Assembly (NCBI GenBank): GCA_040757555.1
Contig: JBFLWN010000001.1
Span: 53,128-117,127 of the forward strand
Direction of reading: 5' to 3'
Source of the DNA: Patescibacteria group bacterium
GTDB lineage: Bacteria > Patescibacteriota > Minisyncoccia > UBA6257 > GWB1-50-10
Length of the DNA stretch: 64,000 nucleotides
Shown: positions 19,077-29,024 of the stretch, piece after piece
Layout of the letters: each line of letters begins with the position of its first letter
How positions within the stretch are numbered: the stretch's first letter is position 1
Notes under the pieces: model-generated
What the model was told of the DNA's origin: nothing
What the model saw: only the letters and a program-made list of their open reading frames with translations
Databases searched by the model: none
Translations under genes and position numbers: made by a program

Positions 19077-20828
19077 TTAATCGTCCGATGTCTCGCGAAG
19101 TATATCCTCAAGTCCCACCAATCCCTCAAGCGCCTTCAAGATACCGTCCTGGCGAAGGGTGAGCATTCCTTGTCGTATCGCTTCCTCCCATAGTTTTGCT
19201 TCAGTAAATCCTCCCGCCACAATTGCCCCAAGTTGCTTTGTCATTTCAAATATTTCGAATAATGCGACACGCCCCGAAATTCCCTTTCCTTTACACACCT
19301 TGCATTCCGGATTTGGCTCTATTTTCCATGCTTGTCCAGGTTTTGCGCCATATTTTTGTTTTACTTCTGCTTTTAATTTCTCCGGTAATTTATCTATCTC
19401 ATTTTGCACCTCCTTTTTTAACTCATCCGATAATTCAATTTGTTTCTTACATTCACTACATAACCGTCCTACAAGACGTTGTGCAAGCATCACATTTAAC
19501 GCAGAGGGAAGAAGAAATTGTGGAACTCCCAAATCAATAAGACGTGGAATAACCCCCACTGAATTATTTGTATGAATTGTTGAAAGCATGCGATGTCCTG
19601 TGAGCGCCGCATTCACCGCAAGTGCTGCTGTTTCTGAATCTCTGATTTCTCCCACCATAATTACATCGGGATCCTGGCGGAGAATCTGACGCAATCCAGA
19701 AGCAAATGTATATCCAATTTCCGGTTTCACTTGTGACTGGTTAATTCCATTCATAAAATATTCCACAGGATCTTCAAGGGTTACCACATTAATTCCTTCG
19801 GAATTTACTGTCTGCATAATTGCATAGAGCGTTGTACTCTTCCCTGATCCCGTAGGACCCGAAATGAGAATCATTCCGAATGGCGCATTTATTGCACGCT
19901 CAAGTATCGCAAGATTATAATCGTTTAATCCAATTTCTTTTAATCCTTTCAATCCCGTCACTGAATCAAGAACACGGAGTGCAACCTTTTCTCCCGCTGG
20001 AGTTGGAAATGTCGCTACACGAAAATCAATTTCTCTCCCACTAATCATTGTTCGAAATCTTCCATCTTGTGGAACACGCGTCTCATCAAGTTTCAAATTT
20101 GAAAGCACTTTAATACGGGAAATAACTGGCTGACTCAATACCGCAGGGAGTGTCGCCACTTCTTTTAGTTCTCCATCTAATCGAAATCGAATACGAAGAT
20201 ATTTTCTCTGTGGCTCAACATGAATATCAGACGACCCACTTTCAATCGCGTGTCGGAGTGTTGCGGCAACAATTTTAATGATTGGTGCATCCTCTGATGA
20301 TCGCGCACCTTCTTCAAGCATGACAAGACGATTTTCATCACCGGTATCTTTTCGTAAATTCATTTCCTTCACCGCAGATTCTACTTCATCCCGATAGGGC
20401 ACATACCGCCTCCATACAAGAGAAAGATCTGTCGGAGTAACTACATACACTCCCAAACTTACCCGCTCCCGTTTCGCAATAAAACGCAACGCCTCTTGCG
20501 CCCGCACGTCATCAGGACGAAGCATTCCGACCACCAACATACCATCTCTTTTTTCAACGGGAATAATTCGATAGTTTTGTGATGTATCTTTTGGGATAAT
20601 TTGTAATAATTCGGTAGAAATTGAAGTGGGATCAATTTTTTTATAGGGCGCACCAAAGAGTGCGCTTTTTACTTTTGCTACCGCAATCTCATCGGCAACT
20701 CTGCGCTCGTACAATAATTCTTCTGCCGAGGACGCCGAAAGCGTTGCTTCCTTCATTATCTGATCGGAAACACTTTGCGAAATAACTTTTTTGTCTACGA
20801 GTTCTTTAAATAGTTCTTGATCGGTCAT
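19077..20828 (-). CDS. pilB: Pilus assembly ATPase
   Basis: SDIHVEP, PQDGR, GPTGSGKSTT, LRQDPD and tetracysteine motif. Confidence 0.95.
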   Translation of the reverse strand: MTDQELFKELVDKKVISQSVSDQIMKEATLSASSAEELLYERRVADEIAVAKVKSALFGAPYKKIDPTSISTELLQIIPKDTSQNYRIIPVEKRDGMLVVGMLRPDDVRAQEALRFIAKRERVSLGVYVVTPTDLSLVWRRYVPYRDEVESAVKEMNLRKDTGDENRLVMLEEGARSSEDAPIIKIVAATLRHAIESGSSDIHVEPQRKYLRIRFRLDGELKEVATLPAVLSQPVISRIKVLSNLKLDETRVPQDGRFRTMISGREIDFRVATFPTPAGEKVALRVLDSVTGLKGLKEIGLNDYNLAILERAINAPFGMILISGPTGSGKSTTLYAIMQTVNSEGINVVTLEDPVEYFMNGINQSQVKPEIGYTFASGLRQILRQDPDVIMVGEIRDSETAALAVNAALTGHRMLSTIHTNNSVGVIPRLIDLGVPQFLLPSALNVMLAQRLVGRLCSECKKQIELSDELKKEVQNEIDKLPEKLKAEVKQKYGAKPGQAWKIEPNPECKVCKGKGISGRVALFEIFEMTKQLGAIVAGGFTEAKLWEEAIRQGMLTLRQDGILKALEGLVGLEDILRETSDD

Positions 20829-20899
20829 ATAAAATAAAATATGTCACTACTTCGATGGAGAGCGATAGAAAAGAGAAAAAATGAGACCCGCCTCTCCAT

Positions 20900-21193
20900 T
20901 TAGAACGGCTTAAACGGATTTTCTCTTCCAGGTATCTGCGTCGAAGTAGTACTTGATCCATATTGGCGAAGCGATTTAAACGAAGGTGAATTTACTACAT
21001 CTTCTGGTTTAAACGAGATCTTTGAAAGTTTATTTATCTGGTCGAGTTTTCCAGGGGTTGCCATTTCGATCACGTCGGGTCTCTTAAAAAATAAAAAGTA
21101 TGCACCGGAAAATACCACCACCACAATGACAAGTACTACCACCACCATAAACCAATTTACCGATTTTTTTTCTTCCTCAACGATAATAGCCAT
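20900..21193 (-). CDS. Small membrane-anchored pilus-operon protein
   Basis: Single TM segment and GRENPF tail, at the PilP position of the operon. Confidence 0.6.
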   Translation of the reverse strand: MAIIVEEEKKSVNWFMVVVVLVIVVVVFSGAYFLFFKRPDVIEMATPGKLDQINKLSKISFKPEDVVNSPSFKSLRQYGSSTTSTQIPGRENPFKPF

Positions 21194-21196
21194 AAT

Positions 21197-21760
21197 TTAT
21201 TGGTAAAAAATATCGACGCCTAGATTTAATTCATAAAATTCTTCCGACCCTTGTAAGTCTTTTGCGGGAGCAAGTGATACGGTTTTTGTATTTGCCACAC
21301 GCACATTTGTTTCAAGACCCCTCAGAAACCCCTTTACTCCCTGGTACGTTCCTTTTACCCCAATATCAAGTGAAAGTGTGTTGAGACTTTGTACTAGTAA
21401 CCCCTGGGAAGCAAGAGGAGGGTTTTGTTTTATAGAAAATTTTATAAATTGCACCTGATTATTTCTCGCGATTGCTTGCAACTGACCGAGGGCATTTGTT
21501 ACCCCTGGATGTTCTGGTATTGCGAGAGATACAGTTTCTTTAAATTTATTTGCATTTTGAAATGTCGAAATAACTTGTTCCACCTGACTCACCGCAATCT
21601 GCTGAGATTCAAATAATGTTTGTTTTGCGTTTACCTTTGATCTCTTCTCCTGAATAGCATCCATTTCCGGAGTAATAAAATTCCCATATACCGCAAGCGC
21701 CGCGATAAAAAATATAGCAGAAAACCCAATACTTAAAATTCTTTTTGTTGATCCTTTCAT
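21197..21760 (-). CDS. pilO: PilO-like protein
   Basis: TM + coiled coil + GTYxxVKxFLxxLE..R. Confidence 0.75.
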   Translation of the reverse strand: MKGSTKRILSIGFSAIFFIAALAVYGNFITPEMDAIQEKRSKVNAKQTLFESQQIAVSQVEQVISTFQNANKFKETVSLAIPEHPGVTNALGQLQAIARNNQVQFIKFSIKQNPPLASQGLLVQSLNTLSLDIGVKGTYQGVKGFLRGLETNVRVANTKTVSLAPAKDLQGSEEFYELNLGVDIFYQ

Positions 21761-21762
21761 AA

Positions 21763-22326
21763 TTATAATTTTGAAAGCGCATCTGCTTTCGGAGAAAGAA
21801 TAATAGTGAATCCGACTCCTTGGGGAACAAAATTCATCTGTTGTAGTACCGAACCCGAAAATTCCGTAGACTTATCGAATACCCCGAGTTGTTCCACTAA
21901 ATCCTCTGTGCTTCTTGCAACACCTGATAACTGTACCTTATTTGTTTCGATATTTATTGATGCACCATTAAAATACACAGATGGAATTGTATATTTTTCG
22001 AGTAAATCAAATACTCGAACGCTGAACCTGTGTTTTCCTAATACATCCTTCAGGTTATTTAGTTGAGAGTAAAAAGAGATAAGTGTCTTCTGTTGATCCT
22101 GACTTATTTTTGTCGCAAGATCATCAATTTTTTGATCCAAACTCTTATCCTTACTATCAATATACGAATTATATCCAAACTTTAATCCCAAAAAGATAAA
22201 AAGAGAAAATACAAACAAAATCCCGGCAAACAATAATATGCGCCACGGCAATCCAATTGATGTTGGGGTATATGTTGATTCTTCAGAAAAGTTATTTTTA
22301 AGATTTGGAGAGATATTGCTTGTCAT
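21763..22326 (-). CDS. pilN: PilN-like protein
   Basis: TM + coiled coil + LSGVA; located between pilM and pilO. Confidence 0.7.
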   Translation of the reverse strand: MTSNISPNLKNNFSEESTYTPTSIGLPWRILLFAGILFVFSLFIFLGLKFGYNSYIDSKDKSLDQKIDDLATKISQDQQKTLISFYSQLNNLKDVLGKHRFSVRVFDLLEKYTIPSVYFNGASINIETNKVQLSGVARSTEDLVEQLGVFDKSTEFSGSVLQQMNFVPQGVGFTIILSPKADALSKL

Positions 22327-22329
22327 GTG

Positions 22330-23430
22330 TTATAAAAAGTAACGCTTTGCAAGCCCGAAACTCACTACGAATTCATTATCAAGGTTTTTCTCAATAGGAT
22401 GGAGTGTGTCGGGATACTGAATTCCCATAAGTAATGACTGATGAGCGATAGTGAGTCCTATTTGATTTGAAAAATACTTCTCAATACCAATAAGGTTTGC
22501 GCCACCTCCGATAAGCATTATTTTTTCTACCTTTTTTGCATACCGACGCTCATACACATCCTTGGCGTGCCTTACTTCTTGTATTATAACATCTAAAAAC
22601 GGAAGGAGTAGTGTTGATAACTCCGAATCAACCCCTTCCCCAGAAAGTCCCTTTCTTCGCTTCAATTCTTCAGCACGAACCATACTCACATCAAGACTCT
22701 TCGCAATAGCCTGGGTGAGATAAATTCCACTATAATCGGTCTGACTCGCATCGCGAATTAGTTTCTTATCCAGCACCATAATATTCGTCGATTGGGCCCC
22801 GATATCAACAACAAGGGTGGGAACATCCGTAAGAAATTTATCGAGTGCGCGTACGATAGCAAACACATCTACCTCCATAGAAACAAGTTTAAGTCCCGCA
22901 TCTTTATGTATTTTTTTGTATTTTATAATAACGTCATTCGGAATACCGATGAGAAGGATACGTTGATATCTTTGTCCATTATCAGCATCAAACTCTTCTA
23001 TCACAAACCATTCAACCGACACCTGGTCGAGTGGCATAGGAATATACTGTTGTGCTTGAAACATCACTACTTTATGAGTTTCTTCCTTTGAAAATTTTGG
23101 CATTTCAAAAACGGTTACAAATGTCGCAAAAAGCGGAATTGAAGTAATTGCGAGATGTGAGCGCGTTTTCATTTCCGAAAGGAGTGTTTTCAATAAATGC
23201 GTCGCATCCTTCTCTATAATACGCAGTGAACTTGTTTGTATCGCCTGGTTTGGGTAATCAAGATATTTCTTTGTTTCCAATATCCCGTAATTCGACAATA
23301 CGAAAGAATCTCCCCGTTTTGAAAGTTCTACTACTTTTATGGATGCAGTTCCTATGTCGGTTCCCAACACCCTTCCTCCTTTGAAGAAATTTTGTATATC
23401 TGTGATAAAATCAAAAATACCAAGCCTCAT
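22330..23430 (-). CDS. pilM: Pilus assembly protein PilM
   Basis: LGTDIGTASIKVVEL, QYIP, VDIGA and GGGA actin-fold motifs. Confidence 0.92.
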   Translation of the reverse strand: MRLGIFDFITDIQNFFKGGRVLGTDIGTASIKVVELSKRGDSFVLSNYGILETKKYLDYPNQAIQTSSLRIIEKDATHLLKTLLSEMKTRSHLAITSIPLFATFVTVFEMPKFSKEETHKVVMFQAQQYIPMPLDQVSVEWFVIEEFDADNGQRYQRILLIGIPNDVIIKYKKIHKDAGLKLVSMEVDVFAIVRALDKFLTDVPTLVVDIGAQSTNIMVLDKKLIRDASQTDYSGIYLTQAIAKSLDVSMVRAEELKRRKGLSGEGVDSELSTLLLPFLDVIIQEVRHAKDVYERRYAKKVEKIMLIGGGANLIGIEKYFSNQIGLTIAHQSLLMGIQYPDTLHPIEKNLDNEFVVSFGLAKRYFL

Positions 23431-23475
23431 ATCTTTATTTTATCATAGGTAAGAAAAAACCGTTAAGACACAACT

Positions 23476-24204
23476 ATGGACGGGTTTCTAAAAACTTTTT
23501 ATTCGATGATATTTCCTCCTGTGTGTGTTTCATGCACACGGAGGATAAAAAACGAAGAGATAGTACTCTGTGTTCCCTGCACAAAAAGTATTATTCTTTA
23601 TGATTCTTTATTCTGTCCCGTGTGTAGCGCGCGAATTCCTCCAGGAGAAAAAATTTGTCATCCTAATGCTGGATATACCCTCGCTGCCGCAACATCATAT
23701 GAACAAAAAACAGTACGCGACCTTGTGCACGCATTAAAATACGACGAAACAAAAGAAGGAGCGATACTTATTGCTCATATCATATTCGAATATTTAAAAC
23801 GCGCACTTCCCCTCTCGTTACTCAATTTTTCTGATTATCTCATCATTCCTATCCCCCTTCACAGAAAAAGAGAGAGGGCACGCGGATACAATCAATCATT
23901 TCTTATTGCGCAAGAATTAAAAAAAATTTTTGAGGCACATGGAATGATGTCTCCGAACATATATAAAAATATACTCATCCGAGATGCTCATACACTCTCC
24001 CAAACAGAGTGTCATAACATACAAGAAAGAAGAAAAAATGTTTTGGGATGTTTTTCTATCTCTAATAAAGAACTTATTGAACAAAAAAATATTATTTTGA
24101 TTGACGATGTACACACAACGGGCGCAACTATCGGGGAAGCAACGCGAGTGTTAAAACAATGTGGTGCAAAACATATTTTTGCGCTTACATTTGCAAAAAC
24201 ATAG
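23476..24204 (+). CDS. comF: ComF family competence protein (phosphoribosyltransferase fold)
   Basis: Double zinc ribbon, PIPLH..RGYNQ, IDDVHTTGAT. Confidence 0.92.
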   Translation: MDGFLKTFYSMIFPPVCVSCTRRIKNEEIVLCVPCTKSIILYDSLFCPVCSARIPPGEKICHPNAGYTLAAATSYEQKTVRDLVHALKYDETKEGAILIAHIIFEYLKRALPLSLLNFSDYLIIPIPLHRKRERARGYNQSFLIAQELKKIFEAHGMMSPNIYKNILIRDAHTLSQTECHNIQERRKNVLGCFSISNKELIEQKNIILIDDVHTTGATIGEATRVLKQCGAKHIFALTFAKT

Positions 24205-24282
24205 AAATAAAAAATCAAAAAAAAACAAAAGGCCTATAAAGAAATGTATCTTATAGGCCTTCTTACTTTATAAACTAATTAC

Positions 24283-27200
24283 CTATCTTTCTTGGAACGA
24301 CTGCCCATATCTTCCCACTTCCTTACAATCGATATTTGAACTACATTGTTGCTCGGTATTTTCCATCTTCACTTTTGCATTTGGATCATTTGAAGAATTA
24401 TACGAGTTCACCGAAAAATCACAGTAACTATTTCTCGTACACACCCCTCTCTTCGCTACCGATCCACCACTATTGTCTCGTAATGTTTTTGTCGCCCCGG
24501 AATTACTCCACTCTGTTATTCTATTCGATCCATCTTCATAAATGACGCGCACACGGTAGAGATACACAGTGTCCACCTCAAGATTTTTATCAACGTAGAC
24601 CGGCGCAGTAGTGGTTGCAACTGATTTGAAATATATATCAAGAGGATTTCCCGCCGATTGCCCCTCAGCTACTTTTGCGTTTTCTTGCGCGAGTTTTATC
24701 GCCGCCTCTTCCGCTTGTTTCATCATTTCGGAAAATAGCGAAGTAATGTTTCCCCATCCTTCTTCAAATCCTTTTACAATACGTGAAAGACTTGCCGAAA
24801 GTGTCGACACTCTTTCTTGACTATGATCGACAAATAATCCTTTCCACATATACTTCGCGTTACTCCACAAATCAGCAAAGAACGATCCTTTGTATACAAT
24901 CGGTGGAGTGCTTGTACTTTTTAGTTCAAATGTCGCACTCACATTTGCATCTCGAGAGGGCATAGTGAACGAACACGATGGATTTGTTCCACTGCAATCT
25001 CCCCACCATGATTTAAATACCGTACTTGTTGATCCGGGGGTTGCTACCAATGAAACTGATGAACCCTCTTCAATTGAAGTGCTACACTGGCTCTTTCCGT
25101 TTCCACAATTAATACCCGAACCCGAAATATTTCCATTTCCGGTAACAAATGCAGAAAGGGTAAACACGATTTGTCTGAAGTTTCCTGTCACACTTGAATT
25201 CCCTGGACCAAATGTGCATGAAGTTCGTTTATTACAGTTTGGATCATAAGGACTACAAATACATGAAACACCAGTCCATCCGGTAAACGTATAATCTGAA
25301 TCTGCGGTTGCCGAAACAGTTACCGTATTTGGATTTGTGGTCCATGGGAAAAATGCAGTACAACTTCCCGGACAACTCGCCAAATCACCGGAACCCGTTA
25401 CACTCCCTCCTCCACTTGTCGCAAGATCAACTTGGTAGTAAGTATCAGTATTTGTGTATGTCGAGTCTGAATATACTCGTGCAATTCCATTTCCCCCGTT
25501 TTCTGCGGGAATCACATAATATCCTCTTATTTCATATGAATAGTTTGTTCCCGGACTCAATGCGGAATTATTTTTATTATTTGAAGACGGGGTATCAACA
25601 TGGGTAAGCGTTGCGGTTGCATTACTGTTGTAACTCTGCTCATGAATAAGTATTCCCTCTCTCCAAATCTGATATCCACTCTCACGTTTTGAATTATCAT
25701 TCCATCGAAGCGTGATACTATGCACTCCGGTCGATTTACTATATGCAGCAGTAGAGGTAGCGCGTGTTGGTGTCATTGGGGGTGTGGTGGTCGCAACCGC
25801 AGGAGTTCCCCCTCCATTTAAGTTCGGTGGCACCATTGCAAGTTCTGGGGACGGCGCATATTTTCCACACACTGGATTTGGTCTGTCCACTTTTCCCGCA
25901 ATAAGATCTGGCGGTTCTTTTGTATATGACTCATCGAGTGTTGAATCTTTATATGTTGAACATGCCTTCACGCGATAATAATACGTGGTCGCGTCTTGGA
26001 GCCCTCCATCAAAATATGAATATGTCTTTAACCCGTCCGACGGAGAAGTACTTCCTGTGGACTCGAGTTTTATCATTGCCTTATCATTCCCCGCGTCATT
26101 CGGTGGAAGATTATTTAAAAATCTATTTGAGGTACTTGTGCTCCGTTCAATCCAATTGAAGTAGGGAGTTGAAGTGGTTCTGTTTTTCCATTCGAGATTA
26201 ATACTTGAATCAGTGGCGCCCAACACTTTTATATCGGTGCTTGATGCGGGGGTAAGTTTTATCCGTTGTACGCTAAATTTATACGGCTTTGTGGTGGTGG
26301 TATTGTCTTTCCAGTTTACATAAATCGTCGAGGCATCAACCCCAAACGCTTTTAATTTACTGGGAGTGTCGTTTAGTTGTGGTGCGGTAATAAATCCACA
26401 ATTACTCACCTGTGTCGATGTTGAATAACCGTCTGAAGTATATTTTACGGTAAGTACATAAGTATATTTTGTGCTTGTCGAAAGTCCCCTATCCAAATAA
26501 CTCCCCGGAATGTCCGACATGGAAGAAATTGTTTTATTCGCAGCAGGAAGTGCTGTGCCATTTCGGGTAATTGAAATAGTGTGTGGCGCATATCCGGTAT
26601 ATCCCCCTTCGTGTCCGGTATCAACGGGAGCTTTTGACCAATTATAGGTGAGTACCATTGTTGATGTGCCATTTGCATCGCAATTTATCACATAGGGAAA
26701 TTTCACCGTTGTGGTCGCTCTCCCCGTTTCGTTTGATGCGGTCGAACTTGCTTTCACGGTAAATGGCCCACCGGAGTTCGGTGCTTGATATGTTGTCTTC
26801 GCTTTTGCCACAGTATTTTGTGGTGACACACTCCCCACTGTACCAATACTTCCTCCCAAAATATTATTCACAAACCATGTTGCACTTTTTTCAACGGAAA
26901 AATCTTGTTTTTCTTTTGGAAATAGGGTCACGGGACCCGCAGGAGTTAATCCAAACGATGAAACAGGAGCGGTGAATCCAAACATAATCCACCCGCCGAT
27001 TGAGGGTCCTCCCCACGCAGTTCCATTTACCTCAACTTGATTATTATTTATTGATCCATCCCAAACACAATTCTCTCCGGTAATAAGCACTACCGTCCCA
27101 TCTGAAGTATCAATAGTATATTTTCGTTCTCCCGTTCTTCCAAGACATAATCCATATTTCACATTATTATCAGTATTTCTTAAACTCACCCATCCATCCC

Positions 27201-27690
27201 ATGAACCCACCGAAGAACCAACGGGACATCCCCCCGCAACACAAATAAATCTCGCCCATCCACTTATCTTTCCTGTGTCATAATCAAGTGTTGCCTTACA
27301 ATTTTGAGGTTTTGTATCTCTTTCTGGACAATCCCCGAGATCACTATTATTAAACGAAAGCCATCCATATGAATCTTTCCCCGTTTTTGGATCTTTTATT
27401 GAGGCCCATCCCTGTCCTTCAAGTGTTGTTTTATTTTTTACACTGACTTTAAATGACGCGCCACTTGGTTGCCCTGTTGGATTTTCGGAATTCAACACTA
27501 TCCATCCAAGCCCTTTATTGTCCTGTGCGCTCCATCCGATTCCATATAAATCAAAATTAGCGTTATCCGCATAAATTTTCACCGCCCCAATCACCCCAAT
27601 AAAAAATATCGCGGCAATCAAAACAGAAAAGAGAGACTTCTTTTTTATCCCGTTAGAAAATAACAAAAAATGTTTTTTATGTAGCATCAT
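24283..27690 (-). CDS. Large secreted/surface protein with FN3-like and InlB B-repeat-like domains
   Basis: Signal-like N-terminus, GWxW-rich domain, YYYRVKA FN3 motifs, FTGWTG/WWGDCSG repeats; start uncertain because of the MITE. Confidence 0.8.
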   Translation of the reverse strand: MMLHKKHFLLFSNGIKKKSLFSVLIAAIFFIGVIGAVKIYADNANFDLYGIGWSAQDNKGLGWIVLNSENPTGQPSGASFKVSVKNKTTLEGQGWASIKDPKTGKDSYGWLSFNNSDLGDCPERDTKPQNCKATLDYDTGKISGWARFICVAGGCPVGSSVGSWDGWVSLRNTDNNVKYGLCLGRTGERKYTIDTSDGTVVLITGENCVWDGSINNNQVEVNGTAWGGPSIGGWIMFGFTAPVSSFGLTPAGPVTLFPKEKQDFSVEKSATWFVNNILGGSIGTVGSVSPQNTVAKAKTTYQAPNSGGPFTVKASSTASNETGRATTTVKFPYVINCDANGTSTMVLTYNWSKAPVDTGHEGGYTGYAPHTISITRNGTALPAANKTISSMSDIPGSYLDRGLSTSTKYTYVLTVKYTSDGYSTSTQVSNCGFITAPQLNDTPSKLKAFGVDASTIYVNWKDNTTTTKPYKFSVQRIKLTPASSTDIKVLGATDSSINLEWKNRTTSTPYFNWIERSTSTSNRFLNNLPPNDAGNDKAMIKLESTGSTSPSDGLKTYSYFDGGLQDATTYYYRVKACSTYKDSTLDESYTKEPPDLIAGKVDRPNPVCGKYAPSPELAMVPPNLNGGGTPAVATTTPPMTPTRATSTAAYSKSTGVHSITLRWNDNSKRESGYQIWREGILIHEQSYNSNATATLTHVDTPSSNNKNNSALSPGTNYSYEIRGYYVIPAENGGNGIARVYSDSTYTNTDTYYQVDLATSGGGSVTGSGDLASCPGSCTAFFPWTTNPNTVTVSATADSDYTFTGWTGVSCICSPYDPNCNKRTSCTFGPGNSSVTGNFRQIVFTLSAFVTGNGNISGSGINCGNGKSQCSTSIEEGSSVSLVATPGSTSTVFKSWWGDCSGTNPSCSFTMPSRDANVSATFELKSTSTPPIVYKGSFFADLWSNAKYMWKGLFVDHSQERVSTLSASLSRIVKGFEEGWGNITSLFSEMMKQAEEAAIKLAQENAKVAEGQSAGNPLDIYFKSVATTTAPVYVDKNLEVDTVYLYRVRVIYEDGSNRITEWSNSGATKTLRDNSGGSVAKRGVCTRNSYCDFSVNSYNSSNDPNAKVKMENTEQQCSSNIDCKEVGRYGQSFQER

Positions 27691-27748
27691 TTATTTTAGA
27701 AGGTATATTAATCTATCCCCTTCACATACCCGTTATTTTCTAACGGGA
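27648..27748. mobile_element. MITE-like element, copy 2
   Basis: 17-bp perfect inverted termini tcccgttagaaaataac / gttattttctaacggga. Confidence 0.6.
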
Positions 27749-27841
27749 CGAGTTGTTTTTATTATAGCAAATCAACTGACGACTAGTAATAAGTAATTAA
27801 TAACAACAAACAAAAAGAGCCTTACTTTTTACAAGGCTCTT

Positions 27842-28735
27842 TTATTTTACTAATAGCATTTTTTTTGTTTCCGAGAAGTTTCCTGCTTGGAGAACATAAA
27901 AGTATGTACCACTGGAGAGTTGTGATCCATTGAATTGGATCTCATACTCACCAGGAATTTTTTCTTCGTTCACGAGAACAGCCACCTCTCTGCCAAGTAT
28001 GTCATATACCGCAAGTCTTACGTTTGTAATACTTGATACTTCATACTTAATACTTGTTGTGGGGTTGAACGGATTGGGATAGTTCTGGAATAATTTGAAG
28101 GAGTTTGGAATGACTGGTTCGTCCTCAACGCCAACAATCGTGGTGTCCTCAAAATTATCAATTGGATAGGGAACTACCGAAGCGTCGTCTGTCCAACCAT
28201 ACCTATCAAACAAAACAACTATGTCCTCCTCATCAAAAAATTCAAAAGTAAACATAACCTTTTTAATTTTTTGAGTTCCAAGATTTTCAAACGGGCCACC
28301 AACGGGAATAGGATACCATACTGTATATGCCCACCCAGGAATAAATATTCCACCAGCAGAAACAACATCAGAAGACTCCATCACAAAGGAAACATACACA
28401 TGAAAAAATGAATTATTGGGAAAAGTACTTCCAAATTTTTCAAGATACACCCACATTATTGTCGCCTTACTAGGAATATTTTGAATTGGAGTGGTAAGTG
28501 TTTTTTCAAATTTCACCTGTCCGCCATATCCATTCTTTTTGAAGATAAATTTTTGGGATTTTTTAGAATCAGTTCCGATAACGTTGTTTGATATCTCAGA
28601 ATATGCAACTTTAATATTAGAACTTTTTTCTTTCACTCCCCATCCATTCACCGTTCTATTTGTATCAATCTGTCCACTCAAAACGAGTGGGACGAAGAAA
28701 ATAATAACTGCAAGAAAAAGCATCAACTTTTTCAT
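27842..28735 (-). CDS. Secreted protein with T9SS type A sorting (Por) C-terminal domain, paralog 1
   Basis: Signal peptide and FKLFQNYPNPFNPTT..VYDILGREVAVLVNE..LSSGTYFY..KKMLLVK. Confidence 0.9.
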   Translation of the reverse strand: MKKLMLFLAVIIFFVPLVLSGQIDTNRTVNGWGVKEKSSNIKVAYSEISNNVIGTDSKKSQKFIFKKNGYGGQVKFEKTLTTPIQNIPSKATIMWVYLEKFGSTFPNNSFFHVYVSFVMESSDVVSAGGIFIPGWAYTVWYPIPVGGPFENLGTQKIKKVMFTFEFFDEEDIVVLFDRYGWTDDASVVPYPIDNFEDTTIVGVEDEPVIPNSFKLFQNYPNPFNPTTSIKYEVSSITNVRLAVYDILGREVAVLVNEEKIPGEYEIQFNGSQLSSGTYFYVLQAGNFSETKKMLLVK

Positions 28736-28848
28736 TTTCCACCTCGTTTTTGTTGTTATTAATTGAATTGGGTATCCAATTCTTTACTGTTTGTATTATA
28801 GCACACTCCCCTAGAAAAATCAAGTTTTACCACATCTTGTCAAGTCCT
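28731..28848 (-). promoter_or_regulatory. Repeated promoter/leader module, copy 1
   Basis: ttgatt-17-tataat with extended TG, downstream palindrome gaattgg..ccaattc and GAGGTG SD; 1 mismatch to 32278-32395. Confidence 0.8.
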
Positions 28849-29024
28849 GTTGTTACCAATTACTAGTCACGAGTTACCAGTTGATTGAATATAACACAAT
28901 TAAACCGAACGATATGCTTATATTATCTCTAAATCAAGTTTACGAAGTCCGACTTCGTAAAATTTGGGACGAAAAAACCACACACCAAAAACCCCCGCCG
29001 AAGCGAGGGGTTTTTAATTTTATT

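Noticed and set aside
20855-20899. atggagag..ctctccat inverted repeat upstream of pilB
   Set aside because: A single copy with a loose interior, compatible with an ordinary mRNA-stabilising hairpin.
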